Below the pieces are notes generated by a model, which saw only the letters and a program-made list of their open reading frames with translations, did not search any database and was not told the origin of the DNA. Below are positions 9,283-18,609 of a DNA stretch of 64,000 bases, in pieces. A program made the position numbers and the translations under genes. The stretch comes from Candidatus Latescibacterota bacterium (GTDB taxonomy: Bacteria; Latescibacterota; UBA2968; UBA8231): contig OZ241867.1 in the NCBI GenBank assembly GCA_965203175.1, positions 4,192,001 through 4,256,000 on the forward strand. The letters run 5' to 3'. How positions within the stretch are numbered: the first letter of the stretch is position 1; the number at the start of each line of letters is the position of its first letter.

Positions 9283-11136
9283 CTACTTAGAAAAAGATCG
9301 CCAGAGCAGGACTGTACCGTCCTCGGCCCCAGATGCCAGCATGGTCCCGTCGGATGAAAACGCCACGGCTTGGACCCAACCGGTATGCCCTTTCAGGGTG
9401 GTCAGCCGCTTCTGCGTCGCAGCATCCCACAGGATTATGTTGTTATCGCTCGAGCCGGACGCCAGCGTAGTTCCATCGGGCGAAAACGCCAAGCAAGTGA
9501 CATTTCCGGTATGTCCTTTGAGGGTGGCTAGCTGCTTGTGGCTTGCGACATCCCATAGGATTACGGTGTCATCGCTTGAGCCGGATGCGAGCATGGTCCC
9601 ATCGGGCGAAAACGACCCTGAAAGGACATAGTCCGTATGTCCTTTGAGGGTGGCTAGCTGCTTGTGGCTTGCGACATCCCATAGGATTACGGTGTCATCG
9701 CTTGAGCCGGATGCGAGCATGGTCCCATCGGGCGAAAACGCCACGGTTTGGACCCAATCCGCATGTCCTTTGAGGGTGTCTAGCCGCTTCTTCTTCACGA
9801 TGTCCCATAGGATTACGGTGTTGTCGTCTGACCCGGACGCCAGTGTGATACCGTCGGGTGAAAACGCCACGGTTTGGACCCTATTCTTATGCCCTTTGAG
9901 GGTGGCTCGCTGATTCTTCTTCGCGACGTCCCACAGGATTACGGACTCATCCCCGCCGGACGCTAGGGTAGTTCCATCGGGCGAAAACGCCGCAGCTTGG
10001 ACTCTAGCTTCATGCCCTTGTAGGGTGTCCAGCCGTCTCTTCTTTGCGACATTCCACAGGATTAAGGACTCATCCCCGGACGCGAGCATGGTCCCGTCGG
10101 GTGAAAACGCCACGGTTTGGACCCCCGACCCATTCCCTTGCAGGGTGGCCTGTTGCTTCCACGCGGAAGGATCGTCGTCTGTAATGGATGGGTCGATCTC
10201 CGGCAGCGGTGCCAGAGAAGAAAGTTGCCAGAGCAGGACCGAACGATCCGTGGACGCCAGCAACGCGCTGTCGGGCGAAAACGCCAGCGAAGTGACCGAC
10301 CATCTATACCCCCTCAGGGTAGCCCGCCGCCTCCGTGTTGCGACATCCCAAAGAATTACGGTGCGATCGTATGAGCCGGATGCCAGCAGCTCGCCGTTGG
10401 GCGAAAATTCCACGGAATAGACGTGAGACGTATGCCCCCTCAGGGTAGCCCGCCGCCTCCGCGTTGCGACATCCCAAAGAATTACGGTGCGATCGCTTGA
10501 AGCGGACGCGAGCATAGTACCGTCGGGTGAAAATGCCACGGAATGGGCATTCTCCGTATGTCCTTTGAGGGTGGCTAGCCGTCCCCTCCTCGCGACATCC
10601 CAAAGGGCTACACTGTGATCGCTTGAGGCGGACGCGAGCATGGTGCCGTCGGGTGAAAACGCCACGGCTTGGACGCTATCCGCATGCCCTTCCAAGGTGA
10701 CCCGCTGTCTCCGCATTGCGACATCCCAAAGGACTATGGTGCGATCGTCTGACCCGGATGCTAGTATGGTGCCGTCGGGTGAAAACGCCAGAGAATTGAC
10801 CCTCTGCGCATGCCCTTCTAAGATGGCCAGCCGCCTCTGCTCGGTGACATCCCAAAGGACTACGGTGTTATCCCCGCCGGACGCGAGCATGGTGCCGTCG
10901 GACGAAAACGCCACGGCTTGGACATAAGACGTATCTTGCAGGCTGGCCCACAGGCTCTGGCTCGCGACATCCCAAAGGACTAAGTCGCACGCTAGGATCG
11001 CGCCGTCGGGCGAAAACGCCACGGAAGAGGCATAAAACGTACGATCTTGGGCGGTCAGCCGACTCGACGTGGGAGAATCGGCACCAACAGGGGCTGCCAT
11101 CGCTAGCCCGACTATAACGACGAATAATGCTTTCAT
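9283..11136 (-). CDS. Secreted WD40-repeat protein, about 14 repeats (two beta-propellers)
   Basis: Signal peptide MKALFVVIVGLAMAAPVGA; repeats LxGH...V..VAFSPDG..LASGS.D.TVILWD. Confidence 0.93.
   Translation of the reverse strand: MKALFVVIVGLAMAAPVGADSPTSSRLTAQDRTFYASSVAFSPDGAILACDLVLWDVASQSLWASLQDTSYVQAVAFSSDGTMLASGGDNTVVLWDVTEQRRLAILEGHAQRVNSLAFSPDGTILASGSDDRTIVLWDVAMRRQRVTLEGHADSVQAVAFSPDGTMLASASSDHSVALWDVARRGRLATLKGHTENAHSVAFSPDGTMLASASSDRTVILWDVATRRRRATLRGHTSHVYSVEFSPNGELLASGSYDRTVILWDVATRRRRATLRGYRWSVTSLAFSPDSALLASTDRSVLLWQLSSLAPLPEIDPSITDDDPSAWKQQATLQGNGSGVQTVAFSPDGTMLASGDESLILWNVAKKRRLDTLQGHEARVQAAAFSPDGTTLASGGDESVILWDVAKKNQRATLKGHKNRVQTVAFSPDGITLASGSDDNTVILWDIVKKKRLDTLKGHADWVQTVAFSPDGTMLASGSSDDTVILWDVASHKQLATLKGHTDYVLSGSFSPDGTMLASGSSDDTVILWDVASHKQLATLKGHTGNVTCLAFSPDGTTLASGSSDNNIILWDAATQKRLTTLKGHTGWVQAVAFSSDGTMLASGAEDGTVLLWRSFSK
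9509..9740. repeat. Tandem 126-bp WD40-coding units sharing about 106 identical nt
   Basis: gtatgtcctttgaggg...gggcgaaaacg at 9509-9614 and 9635-9740. Confidence 0.85.
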
Positions 11137-11275
11137 AAGGCGTCTCCTATGTGAAACAAAATATGCTATTTTGCGCGATGGCCCAATGTGCGTGGTTTGC
11201 TAAGTTGGGGAAAATCTGTAAGTATAAGACTGCTTATAGGAGCTACGCCGAACTTTAGGATCGGGGGTTTTAGTT

Positions 11276-12535
11276 ATGAGGAACGTCATTGGAGTCATCC
11301 TCGGGGGTGGGCAGGGTGCGCGGCTCTTCCCGCTGACGCAGTTGCGCTCCAAGCCGGCCGTGCCGATTGGCGGCAAGTACCGCTTAATCGACATTCCCAT
11401 CAGCAATTGTCTGCATTCTGGGGTCAACCGCATCTTCGCCTTGACCCAATTCAATTCCGCTTCGCTGCACCGCCACATCAGCACGACGTACCGCTTTGAT
11501 TCCTTTTCCGATGGCTTTGTCGAGATCTTGGCTGCCGAGCAGACTCAAGACAGCGTCGATTGGTACCAAGGCACGGCCGACGCGGTGCGCCAACAGCTCA
11601 GGCATTTGCTCTCGCGCCGCGCCGACCAGGTGCTAATCCTGTCGGGCGACCATCTCTATCGCATGGATTACCGCGCCTTTGTCGAAGAGCACCGAGCGCG
11701 CGGTGCGGACGTGTCGATTGCGGTCAAACCGGTGACGCGACAAGCCGCGCCTGCGCTGGGGATCGTGCAGGTGAACGGTCAGGGGCGGATCGTGGATTTT
11801 CGTGAGAAACCGCAAGACGAGGCTGAGTTGGATGCTCTGCGGCTGCCAGCAGCAGCCGACCCGGAGGCGTGCTATATGGCCTCTATGGGCATCTACGTGT
11901 TTGAACCCCAAGTCTTGGTCAGCCTACTGATGAGCAGCGACCAAGACGATTTCGGCAAGCACATCATTCCGGGTGCGATCCACAAGATCGGCGTTTTTGC
12001 CCATACCTTTGACGGCTATTGGGAAGACATCGGGACCATTCGCTCTTTTTACGAGGCCAATTTGGCGCTGACGGATCAGCCGCCGCCTTTTAACTTTTAC
12101 CGGGCCGACGCACCGATCTACACGCACGCGCGCTTTCTCGCTGGCACGCGGCTGGAAGATTGCCATATTGAGCGGGGGATTATCTGCGAAGGCTCGTACA
12201 TACGGTCCGCTCGGATTGAGCGCTCAGTGATCGGGATCCGCTCGGTGATTGGTGCCAATTGCCAGATTGCCAACACCATCGTCATGGGGGCTGATTCGGA
12301 TGAGTCGCCGGCCGACCGAGCGCGCAATACGGCCCAAGGCATTCCAGATATGGGGATTGGTGCAAACAGCACGATCACCGGCGCGATCATTGACAAAAAC
12401 GCGCGTATCGGCGAGGGGGTACGCATCACCAACAAGGATCGAGGCGTCGAGGCCGACGAGACAAACTACTACATCCGCGACGGGATCGTGGTTGTACCTA
12501 AGGACGCGGTGATTCCGTCGGGCACTGTGGTGTAA
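11276..12535 (+). CDS. glgC: Glucose-1-phosphate adenylyltransferase
   Basis: ILGGGQG.RL.PLT, KPAVPIGGKYRLID, WYQGTADAV, SMGIY. Confidence 0.96.
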   Translation: MRNVIGVILGGGQGARLFPLTQLRSKPAVPIGGKYRLIDIPISNCLHSGVNRIFALTQFNSASLHRHISTTYRFDSFSDGFVEILAAEQTQDSVDWYQGTADAVRQQLRHLLSRRADQVLILSGDHLYRMDYRAFVEEHRARGADVSIAVKPVTRQAAPALGIVQVNGQGRIVDFREKPQDEAELDALRLPAAADPEACYMASMGIYVFEPQVLVSLLMSSDQDDFGKHIIPGAIHKIGVFAHTFDGYWEDIGTIRSFYEANLALTDQPPPFNFYRADAPIYTHARFLAGTRLEDCHIERGIICEGSYIRSARIERSVIGIRSVIGANCQIANTIVMGADSDESPADRARNTAQGIPDMGIGANSTITGAIIDKNARIGEGVRITNKDRGVEADETNYYIRDGIVVVPKDAVIPSGTVV

Positions 12536-12553
12536 AGAAGCGAGTGGGCGTAC

Positions 12554-12594
12554 AAAAAGCGGGACGGGTTTTACACCCATCCCGCTTTTCTTTT
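12554..12594. terminator. Bidirectional intrinsic terminator between convergent genes
   Basis: AAAAAGCGGGACGGGT...ACCCATCCCGCTTTTCTTTT. Confidence 0.75.
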
Positions 12595-12610
12595 GCCTTG
12601 CAAAAAAGTC

Positions 12611-14254
12611 CTATTTGAGCAAAGTCATCTTGCGGTGCAGGACTTGGTCACCGGCGCGGAGGCGGTAGATGTACGTGCCGGCACTGAGGTCCGACGCATC
12701 GATGGCGACTGAGTAGGAGCCGGCCATGCGCCATCCTTCGGCCAGCGGGGCAACCTGTTGGCCGAGGGCGTTGAAGAGGGTCAGTTCTACGTGGCCATCC
12801 GCCGGAATGGCGAAGGCAATGGTCGTGTTGGGGTTGAAGGGATTGGGGTAGTTTTGGTTCAGTGTACAAGCAGTGGGTATGGCTGCCGACACCTCCGACT
12901 CTGAGGCGATTACGGTTGCCATCTCATTGGGCATGATGCCGGCCGTCGCGAGGAAGGTCCAACCCGAGGTCCACAGTTCATTGCCAAAGGCTCCGACATA
13001 GTCAACTTGGGTGTAGAAGCCGTCGTTGGGAATGGTACCGCTGCCGTTCCAAGCCGGGCTAGCGTCTTGGAGCCTGGGATCGAGTCCGGCGTCGCGGGTG
13101 CGGGAAATGCCCATGAGAAGCGGATCTTCGAGACGGTTGTTGTTGGCTACGAGGTGAGCGAGGGCAAACTCGGGAGCGAGAGAAGTAACGTCTTCGCCAG
13201 CGCCAAAGCCCCACCAAATGTTGTTGGCCAAGACGAGGTCGCCGGCCTCTAGGCGAGCACGGCTGTCTTCACCCGACTCTAAGTCTTCAATATCGACGCC
13301 TTCACCGGCGAAGTCGGTGAAGATGCTGTTGTGGTATTTGCCACCGGCATTGTCGCGGATTTTGAGCACCACGTCGTTGTCGCCGTTGGTGGAAAAGGCA
13401 CCGGAGCCGATATAGGTGGCGTTGTAGATGGCCGGCGTGGCATAGGGCGTGCCGTCCTCGGGCGTGGTGCCGCCGTCGTGCTCACCCGCGCGGTTGCCCG
13501 TCTCGGCATCTTGAATCACGAACCAGAATTGGCCTTTGCCGCGGAAGCCTTCGTCGTAGTCAAAGGCGTCGTCGCCGTTGAAGGCCGAAACCAGATACTT
13601 GGTGTTGACCGTGCCGCCGAACCACTCAAAGCCGTCGTCTCGGTTGTTGTACACCTCGACGTATTCGATGACTGTGCCACTGCCGACGCCGCCCATGGTC
13701 AGGCCGTTGATTTCATTGCCTGCGCCGATGTCGGTGCCGCCGTGGCGGATGGACGCGTAGCGGAAGACGCCGGAGTTGTCGCTGTCGTCATCGCCGCCGT
13801 AGAGGCCGCGCGGCTCGGTGGTGGGAATGCCCTCAATGGGGGTTTCACCTGGCGTGGAATTGAGGCTAGCCCGGCCGAGGATGATGACGCCGCCCCAAAG
13901 GCCGCGCGCGTCGAGTGGCAAGTCGTTGGCATTGCTGACGTCGTCGGCCTCGGCGGTGAAGATGATTGGCTTATCCGCTGTGCCTTCGGCGAAAATTTTG
14001 CCGCCGCGAGCGACGACGAGGGCACTGGCGTTTTCGCCTTGTCCCGGTTTGCCCTTGATGACCGTGCCCGGCTGAATCGTCAGCGAAGATCCCTCACTGA
14101 CAAAAACTAGGCCGTTGAGCACGTACTCGTTGTCCGCGGTCCATTCTACGCTGTCACCGACCGGAATATCGGCGGTGGTGACATCGATGGTGGCCGCTAA
14201 GGCAATGGTCGGCAGCAGGGCGGTGCCGACCGCGAGCATTATCTTGCGCAGCAT
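12611..14254 (-). CDS. Secreted acidic beta-helix-like protein with C-terminal T9SS-A/FlgD-like sorting domain
   Basis: Signal peptide MLRKIMLAVG...LAA after GGAGG; GLWGGVIILG, DNSGVFRY, NEINGLT, DDGFEWFGG; tail QNYPNPFNP...GTYIYRL...KMTLLK. Confidence 0.8.
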   Translation of the reverse strand: MLRKIMLAVGTALLPTIALAATIDVTTADIPVGDSVEWTADNEYVLNGLVFVSEGSSLTIQPGTVIKGKPGQGENASALVVARGGKIFAEGTADKPIIFTAEADDVSNANDLPLDARGLWGGVIILGRASLNSTPGETPIEGIPTTEPRGLYGGDDDSDNSGVFRYASIRHGGTDIGAGNEINGLTMGGVGSGTVIEYVEVYNNRDDGFEWFGGTVNTKYLVSAFNGDDAFDYDEGFRGKGQFWFVIQDAETGNRAGEHDGGTTPEDGTPYATPAIYNATYIGSGAFSTNGDNDVVLKIRDNAGGKYHNSIFTDFAGEGVDIEDLESGEDSRARLEAGDLVLANNIWWGFGAGEDVTSLAPEFALAHLVANNNRLEDPLLMGISRTRDAGLDPRLQDASPAWNGSGTIPNDGFYTQVDYVGAFGNELWTSGWTFLATAGIMPNEMATVIASESEVSAAIPTACTLNQNYPNPFNPNTTIAFAIPADGHVELTLFNALGQQVAPLAEGWRMAGSYSVAIDASDLSAGTYIYRLRAGDQVLHRKMTLLK

Positions 14255-14343
14255 AGTATCCTCCTGATACTGGATAAAAGTAGTGGACGCCAGCGACTCG
14301 AATCGCTGACGTCCACTATAAAAGCACAAGCCTGTACCAATAG

Positions 14344-14393
14344 TATGGCAGTAATGTGAACTAATGTGGCAGTAATGTGAACAGTCTGTTACA
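14344..14393 (-). promoter_or_regulatory. Five 10-11-bp-spaced direct-repeat units, Pho-box-like
   Basis: + strand units at 14344, 14355, 14365, 14376, 14387 (TATGGCA/TGTGAAC/TGTGGCA/TGTGAAC/TGTTACA); TGGCAGTAATGTGAAC occurs twice. Confidence 0.65.
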
Positions 14394-14410
14394 ACGCCTC
14401 AGCGAATGCG

Positions 14411-17311
14411 TTAGCGGTTGTAACTGACCGAAATTGAAAACGAACGGCCCTTGTAGTACTGGCTGGAGATGTAATCGTTGTCTTGATAGCGGTACGCCTT
14501 TTCAAAGGAGGAGTCGAGGAGGTTTTTGGCACTCAGCTTGATCTTGTACTCGTGCCACTGCTGCGAAAAGGTGCAGTCGAGCGTGCCTCGCACTTCCTCG
14601 AACACGTCCGGGGTTCCGCCGAGGCTGACTTCTGCCAAGCGCCGGCCGAAGATGTTGTAGTAGATACCGGCAGCCGTGCCGGTGGCGAAGTTGTCGTAGC
14701 TGAGATCGAGGTTGATCAGGAAGGGCGACTGGCCTTGGAGCTGGCGCGTGTCCGCGGTCTGTGAGTTGAGGGCCCGGCGCAGCTTTAGCTCGGTGGAGTC
14801 GATGTTGACCTCGGAGCGGACCAGTGAGAGGTTGCCGCCAGCGTGGAAGTGCTCTAACTGCGGTATGAGGAATCCAAGACCGTGCCGCGCCTCGAACTCG
14901 ACCCCGGCCACTTGAGCGGCTTCGACGTTCTGGAACTGGACCTCGCCGTTGACGGTGAGAATGACGCGCTCGATGGGGTTTCTGAAATCCTTGTAGAACA
15001 CGCTGGCCGCGTACAGCTCGCCGGGGTTGCCGAAGTGCTCCCAGCGCAAGTCGTAGTTGTTGATCAAGGTCCGCTCTAGCTCGGCGTTGCCGATAAAGGT
15101 GAAGCCGCCGACAAAGCTGAACGAGGCAAACGGGGCCAATTCGCGGAAGGTGGGGCGAGCGAGGGTGCGGCCGTAGGAGGCGCGCAAATTCATGCCGGGA
15201 CGAACCTCCCAGACGGCGTTGAGCGAGGGCAGCAAGTCGTTTTCGGAGAGCTGGCTGGCGGTCTTGGTCGAGTCTTGGCTGGCTACGTCGATATGCGTGG
15301 ATTCGAGCCGAGTACCTCCCACGAGGCGCAGTTGGGTGTTGATGGGTAACTCGAGCATAGCGTAACCGGCGTAGATTTGTTGGTCGCCGTCGAAATTGCT
15401 CGAAAGCTGGGTGGCGTCTTGAACGTAGGAGCCGAAGCGGTACTGACTGCCATTGCTGCTGGTAAGCCCGACTTTTTCGGTAATAAAAAAGGAGTCGGGT
15501 TGGCCGTCGTAGTCGATGTCGTCTTGGTCAAATTCGTAGCGGCGCTCGCGGAAGGTGCGCGCTTTGTCCAGCGCCAAGAAGCCGGTTTTGAAGTTGCTGT
15601 TGATACCCTGCCATTGCTTGAAGGGCAAGGTCAGGTTGAGCTGGAATTCGCGGTTGCTCTCGTCGAGATCGCGGAAATAGCGAGTCGGCAGCGGATAGAT
15701 CGAGGGCGAGATTGAGTAGTCAACGATGTCGCCCCGCAGTACGTTGCCTTCCCCGTCGCGCATGACCTCGCCGTTTTCGTCGCGCAGCGGGCGGTTCTTG
15801 AGGGTTACGTAGTTGTTGGTAAAAAATCGCAAGTCAGGCTCTTCTTGCGCCGAAGAAGAAGCAGACGCCGACCATTCGGCCCGCAGGTCGCGCAAGCTGC
15901 CAAAGTGGTGTTTGCCCGCCAGTTGCAGCGATTGGATTTGGCGTTCGGTAAACTTCAAAACGCGCGTCTCGTACATGGCGTCTTCTTCGAGGTCGCGGGG
16001 GAATGCACCGGCTAGATAGCGGGCGACGTCTTCACTGTTGCGGTTGTACATGTTGGTGACCGACAACTCGTGCGTGGGGGCCGGCTTGAGAGACAAGGTA
16101 ACGAGGCTGCCCCAAGTGACTTCTTGCGATCCTCGGGTGTCGGCGAGGTTAAAATTATTGGTCAGGGTACTGGCTTCCTTGCTGGTGAGCTGCCAGCGGG
16201 CCGAGGTGCCATTGTCGTAAAAAGAGGAGTTGTTGCTGTAAGTTAGGGTGCCGAGAAAGCCGAAGGGTTTGTCCAAGAGCGAGACTTGATTGCCCAAGGC
16301 GACCGAATAGCTCTGGTTCAACGGCGCGGCCGTGGTGGTGGGAGCCATGACCGAGGAGAACGACTTGGAATACTCGTCGAGTTGGAGCGCCTTTTCCTCG
16401 TCGTTGTACGCGGCACCCACATCGGGGATTTCTGCCTCGCCGTTGGCCAAGGCCGCGGGGATTTCTCGCGTCCCATCATCGACCCCGATCCAATCGAGTC
16501 CACCGCCCTCATAGGTGAGGAACTGGTCGTTGAACGAACTCTGAGTGTTGAATTTGGTCGAAGCTGAGACGGAAAGGGTGAAGTTATCGGGGAACGCCTT
16601 GGTGCCGATGTTGACGGCGCCACCGGTGAAGTCACCGGGCTTGTCTGGGGTGAAGCTCTTGGTGGTGACGATGTTGTCCAAGAGAGAAGTGGGGAAGAGA
16701 TCCATGGGGACGGATCGCTTGTCGGGATCGGCATTGGGAAGCGAGGACCCGTTGAGTTGGACCGAGCTATAGCGATCGCCTAGGCCGCGGATGTAGACGT
16801 ACTTGCCGTCCACTACGGAGGCACCCGTCACGTGGGACATGGCCTCGGCAGCGTCGCCGCTGCCGGCGCGCGAGATTTCCTCGGCGCTGATCGCATCGCT
16901 GACTGCCGGGGCCTTTTGGCGCTCCTTGAGCAGGGCCGCACCGGTATTGCGCAGGGCCTTGGCCTCGACGATGACCTCGTCATCGAGTTCTAGAGCCTCG
17001 GGCATGAGGGTGATGGTCAGCTTGGCCACCTCGCCGTCTTGCACCTCAACACCGATAATCGACGCATCCTGATAGCCGATCATTGAACTGGCCAGCACAT
17101 AGGTCCCGATTGGGACGTCGAAAAGCTGAAACCGGCCCTCTATATCACAGGTTATGCCGATCTGGGTGCCTTCTAGGAAAACAATCGCACCCACGAGCGG
17201 ATCGCCGGTCTGGCGATCGAGAACCGCGCCGGATACCGTGCCGGTCTGCGCGAAGGTAGGATGGGCAAGGGCCAAAAAGGAGAGGACGACAATGGACAAG
17301 CAACGCTTCAT
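14411..17311 (-). CDS. TonB-dependent receptor with N-terminal carboxypeptidase-like domain
   Basis: Signal peptide; plug motifs YVYIRGLGDRYS, SVPMDLFP, KSFTPD; RPTFRELAP; aromatic C-terminus. Confidence 0.92.
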   Translation of the reverse strand: MKRCLSIVVLSFLALAHPTFAQTGTVSGAVLDRQTGDPLVGAIVFLEGTQIGITCDIEGRFQLFDVPIGTYVLASSMIGYQDASIIGVEVQDGEVAKLTITLMPEALELDDEVIVEAKALRNTGAALLKERQKAPAVSDAISAEEISRAGSGDAAEAMSHVTGASVVDGKYVYIRGLGDRYSSVQLNGSSLPNADPDKRSVPMDLFPTSLLDNIVTTKSFTPDKPGDFTGGAVNIGTKAFPDNFTLSVSASTKFNTQSSFNDQFLTYEGGGLDWIGVDDGTREIPAALANGEAEIPDVGAAYNDEEKALQLDEYSKSFSSVMAPTTTAAPLNQSYSVALGNQVSLLDKPFGFLGTLTYSNNSSFYDNGTSARWQLTSKEASTLTNNFNLADTRGSQEVTWGSLVTLSLKPAPTHELSVTNMYNRNSEDVARYLAGAFPRDLEEDAMYETRVLKFTERQIQSLQLAGKHHFGSLRDLRAEWSASASSSAQEEPDLRFFTNNYVTLKNRPLRDENGEVMRDGEGNVLRGDIVDYSISPSIYPLPTRYFRDLDESNREFQLNLTLPFKQWQGINSNFKTGFLALDKARTFRERRYEFDQDDIDYDGQPDSFFITEKVGLTSSNGSQYRFGSYVQDATQLSSNFDGDQQIYAGYAMLELPINTQLRLVGGTRLESTHIDVASQDSTKTASQLSENDLLPSLNAVWEVRPGMNLRASYGRTLARPTFRELAPFASFSFVGGFTFIGNAELERTLINNYDLRWEHFGNPGELYAASVFYKDFRNPIERVILTVNGEVQFQNVEAAQVAGVEFEARHGLGFLIPQLEHFHAGGNLSLVRSEVNIDSTELKLRRALNSQTADTRQLQGQSPFLINLDLSYDNFATGTAAGIYYNIFGRRLAEVSLGGTPDVFEEVRGTLDCTFSQQWHEYKIKLSAKNLLDSSFEKAYRYQDNDYISSQYYKGRSFSISVSYNR

Positions 17312-17372
17312 GGCTGAAAAACCTCCCTTGAAAAGATTTAAGCACAGATAATAGAGAGGCTGTGTTGAGAAT

Positions 17373-17548
17373 CGGTTACTCTGAAATCACAATCCGGTTA
17401 CAAGGAGCCTTGGAGGCAGTGTCTCTCTCGCGGGATGAAGGAGGAAAACGTCACCGTTTTGTAACAATACTGTGACAAAAGCGTCGCATAGCGAGGCCAT
17501 TTTGTAACATAGGACAAGAAAAACGCCAAAAGAGGGAGGGTTGTAACA
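17373..17548. promoter_or_regulatory. Divergent promoter region with Pho-box-like repeats on both strands
   Basis: GTCACC/GTAACA/GTGACA/GTCGCA at 17450/17461/17472/17483, GTAACA at 17504 and 17543; CGGTTAC at 17373 and 17395. Confidence 0.7.
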
Positions 17549-17551
17549 CAA

Positions 17552-18520
17552 ATGAAAAAAACGATGACGCTTGGTGTATTGATCTTGGGCTGGGTTTTTG
17601 CTGCACGAGCGGAGGGCGGCACGATCAAGGGCGTTATGTTTGGCGAATACTACTATATATTGGCCGCCGACGAGACCGACGCCAAGCAGCCTCGCAAGCG
17701 CAATGCGTTCCGGTTTCGCCGTCTGTACTTCACCTATCAAAAGGACATCGCCACCGACTTTGCGATTCGCTTTCGCCTTGAGGCTAAGGACGCGGGGTTT
17801 GCCCAAGGTGCGAAGATGGAACCCTTCGTCAAGCACGGCTATTTACAGTGGAAGAAGGGACTGGGCGATGCGGATATATATCTAGGACTTTCAGGGACGC
17901 CGACTTGGGCGGTCGCCGAAAAGGTCTGGGGGTACCGCTCGATAGCCAAGACCGTGCTCGACTGGAATAAAATTGGCTCTTCGGCTGACTTGGGCGCGGC
18001 CCTCAAGGGCGCGGCCGGCCAGCTGAGCTACCACCTGATGGTCGGCAATGGTCCCGGACAGAAGCCGGAGGACGACCACGGCAAGAAGTTCTATGGTTCG
18101 CTGAGTTTCAAAGCTACGGATCGATTGATATTGGAAGGCTATGCGGACTTTAATGCCAAGCCAGCCGGTCGCAACGAGCGGACCTTCAAGGGCTTCGTCG
18201 GCTGGCAGGGAGCAAAAGGCAAGGTGGGGTTGGAGGTTTTCTCGCGCACCAACGAGCAGGTCGGTGCTGGCGGCGAAGACCAAGTCATCACCGGGGTCTC
18301 GGCCTTTGGCTCGCTGCCGCTGAGCGCCGCGCTCAAGGGCTTTGGCCGGGTCGATGCGGTTTCTCACGACGCCGAGGACGACAGGGATTTGCTCTTCATC
18401 GCCGGGCTCGACTACGCCGCGGCGAAAGCCGTCCACCTGATGCCCAATGTGATCGTCGAGTCGTCCACCGGTCGCGATGCCAATGTCCAAGGCCGGCTGA
18501 CATTTTTCTGTAAATTTTAG
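17552..18520 (+). CDS. Outer-membrane porin, probably phosphate-selective
   Basis: Signal peptide, basic FRFRRLYFTY strand, amphipathic strands, terminal Phe; first gene of pst operon. Confidence 0.7.
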   Translation: MKKTMTLGVLILGWVFAARAEGGTIKGVMFGEYYYILAADETDAKQPRKRNAFRFRRLYFTYQKDIATDFAIRFRLEAKDAGFAQGAKMEPFVKHGYLQWKKGLGDADIYLGLSGTPTWAVAEKVWGYRSIAKTVLDWNKIGSSADLGAALKGAAGQLSYHLMVGNGPGQKPEDDHGKKFYGSLSFKATDRLILEGYADFNAKPAGRNERTFKGFVGWQGAKGKVGLEVFSRTNEQVGAGGEDQVITGVSAFGSLPLSAALKGFGRVDAVSHDAEDDRDLLFIAGLDYAAAKAVHLMPNVIVESSTGRDANVQGRLTFFCKF

Positions 18521-18525
18521 CCCTA

Positions 18526-18569
18526 TTGTAACACAGGTTTTATCCATGAGACACGCGAATGTAACACAA
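18526..18569 (+). promoter_or_regulatory. Pho-box-like pair upstream of pstS
   Basis: TGTAACACA twice, GTAACA at 18528 and 18561 (33 bp = 3x11). Confidence 0.5.
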
Positions 18570-18609
18570 ACTCCTCAATCTTATGCAATCTAACCTGGGA
18601 GATGCACTA

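Noticed and set aside
9283-11000. 126-bp periodicity as CRISPR or a mobile repeat
   Set aside because: Explained by 42-aa WD40 units.
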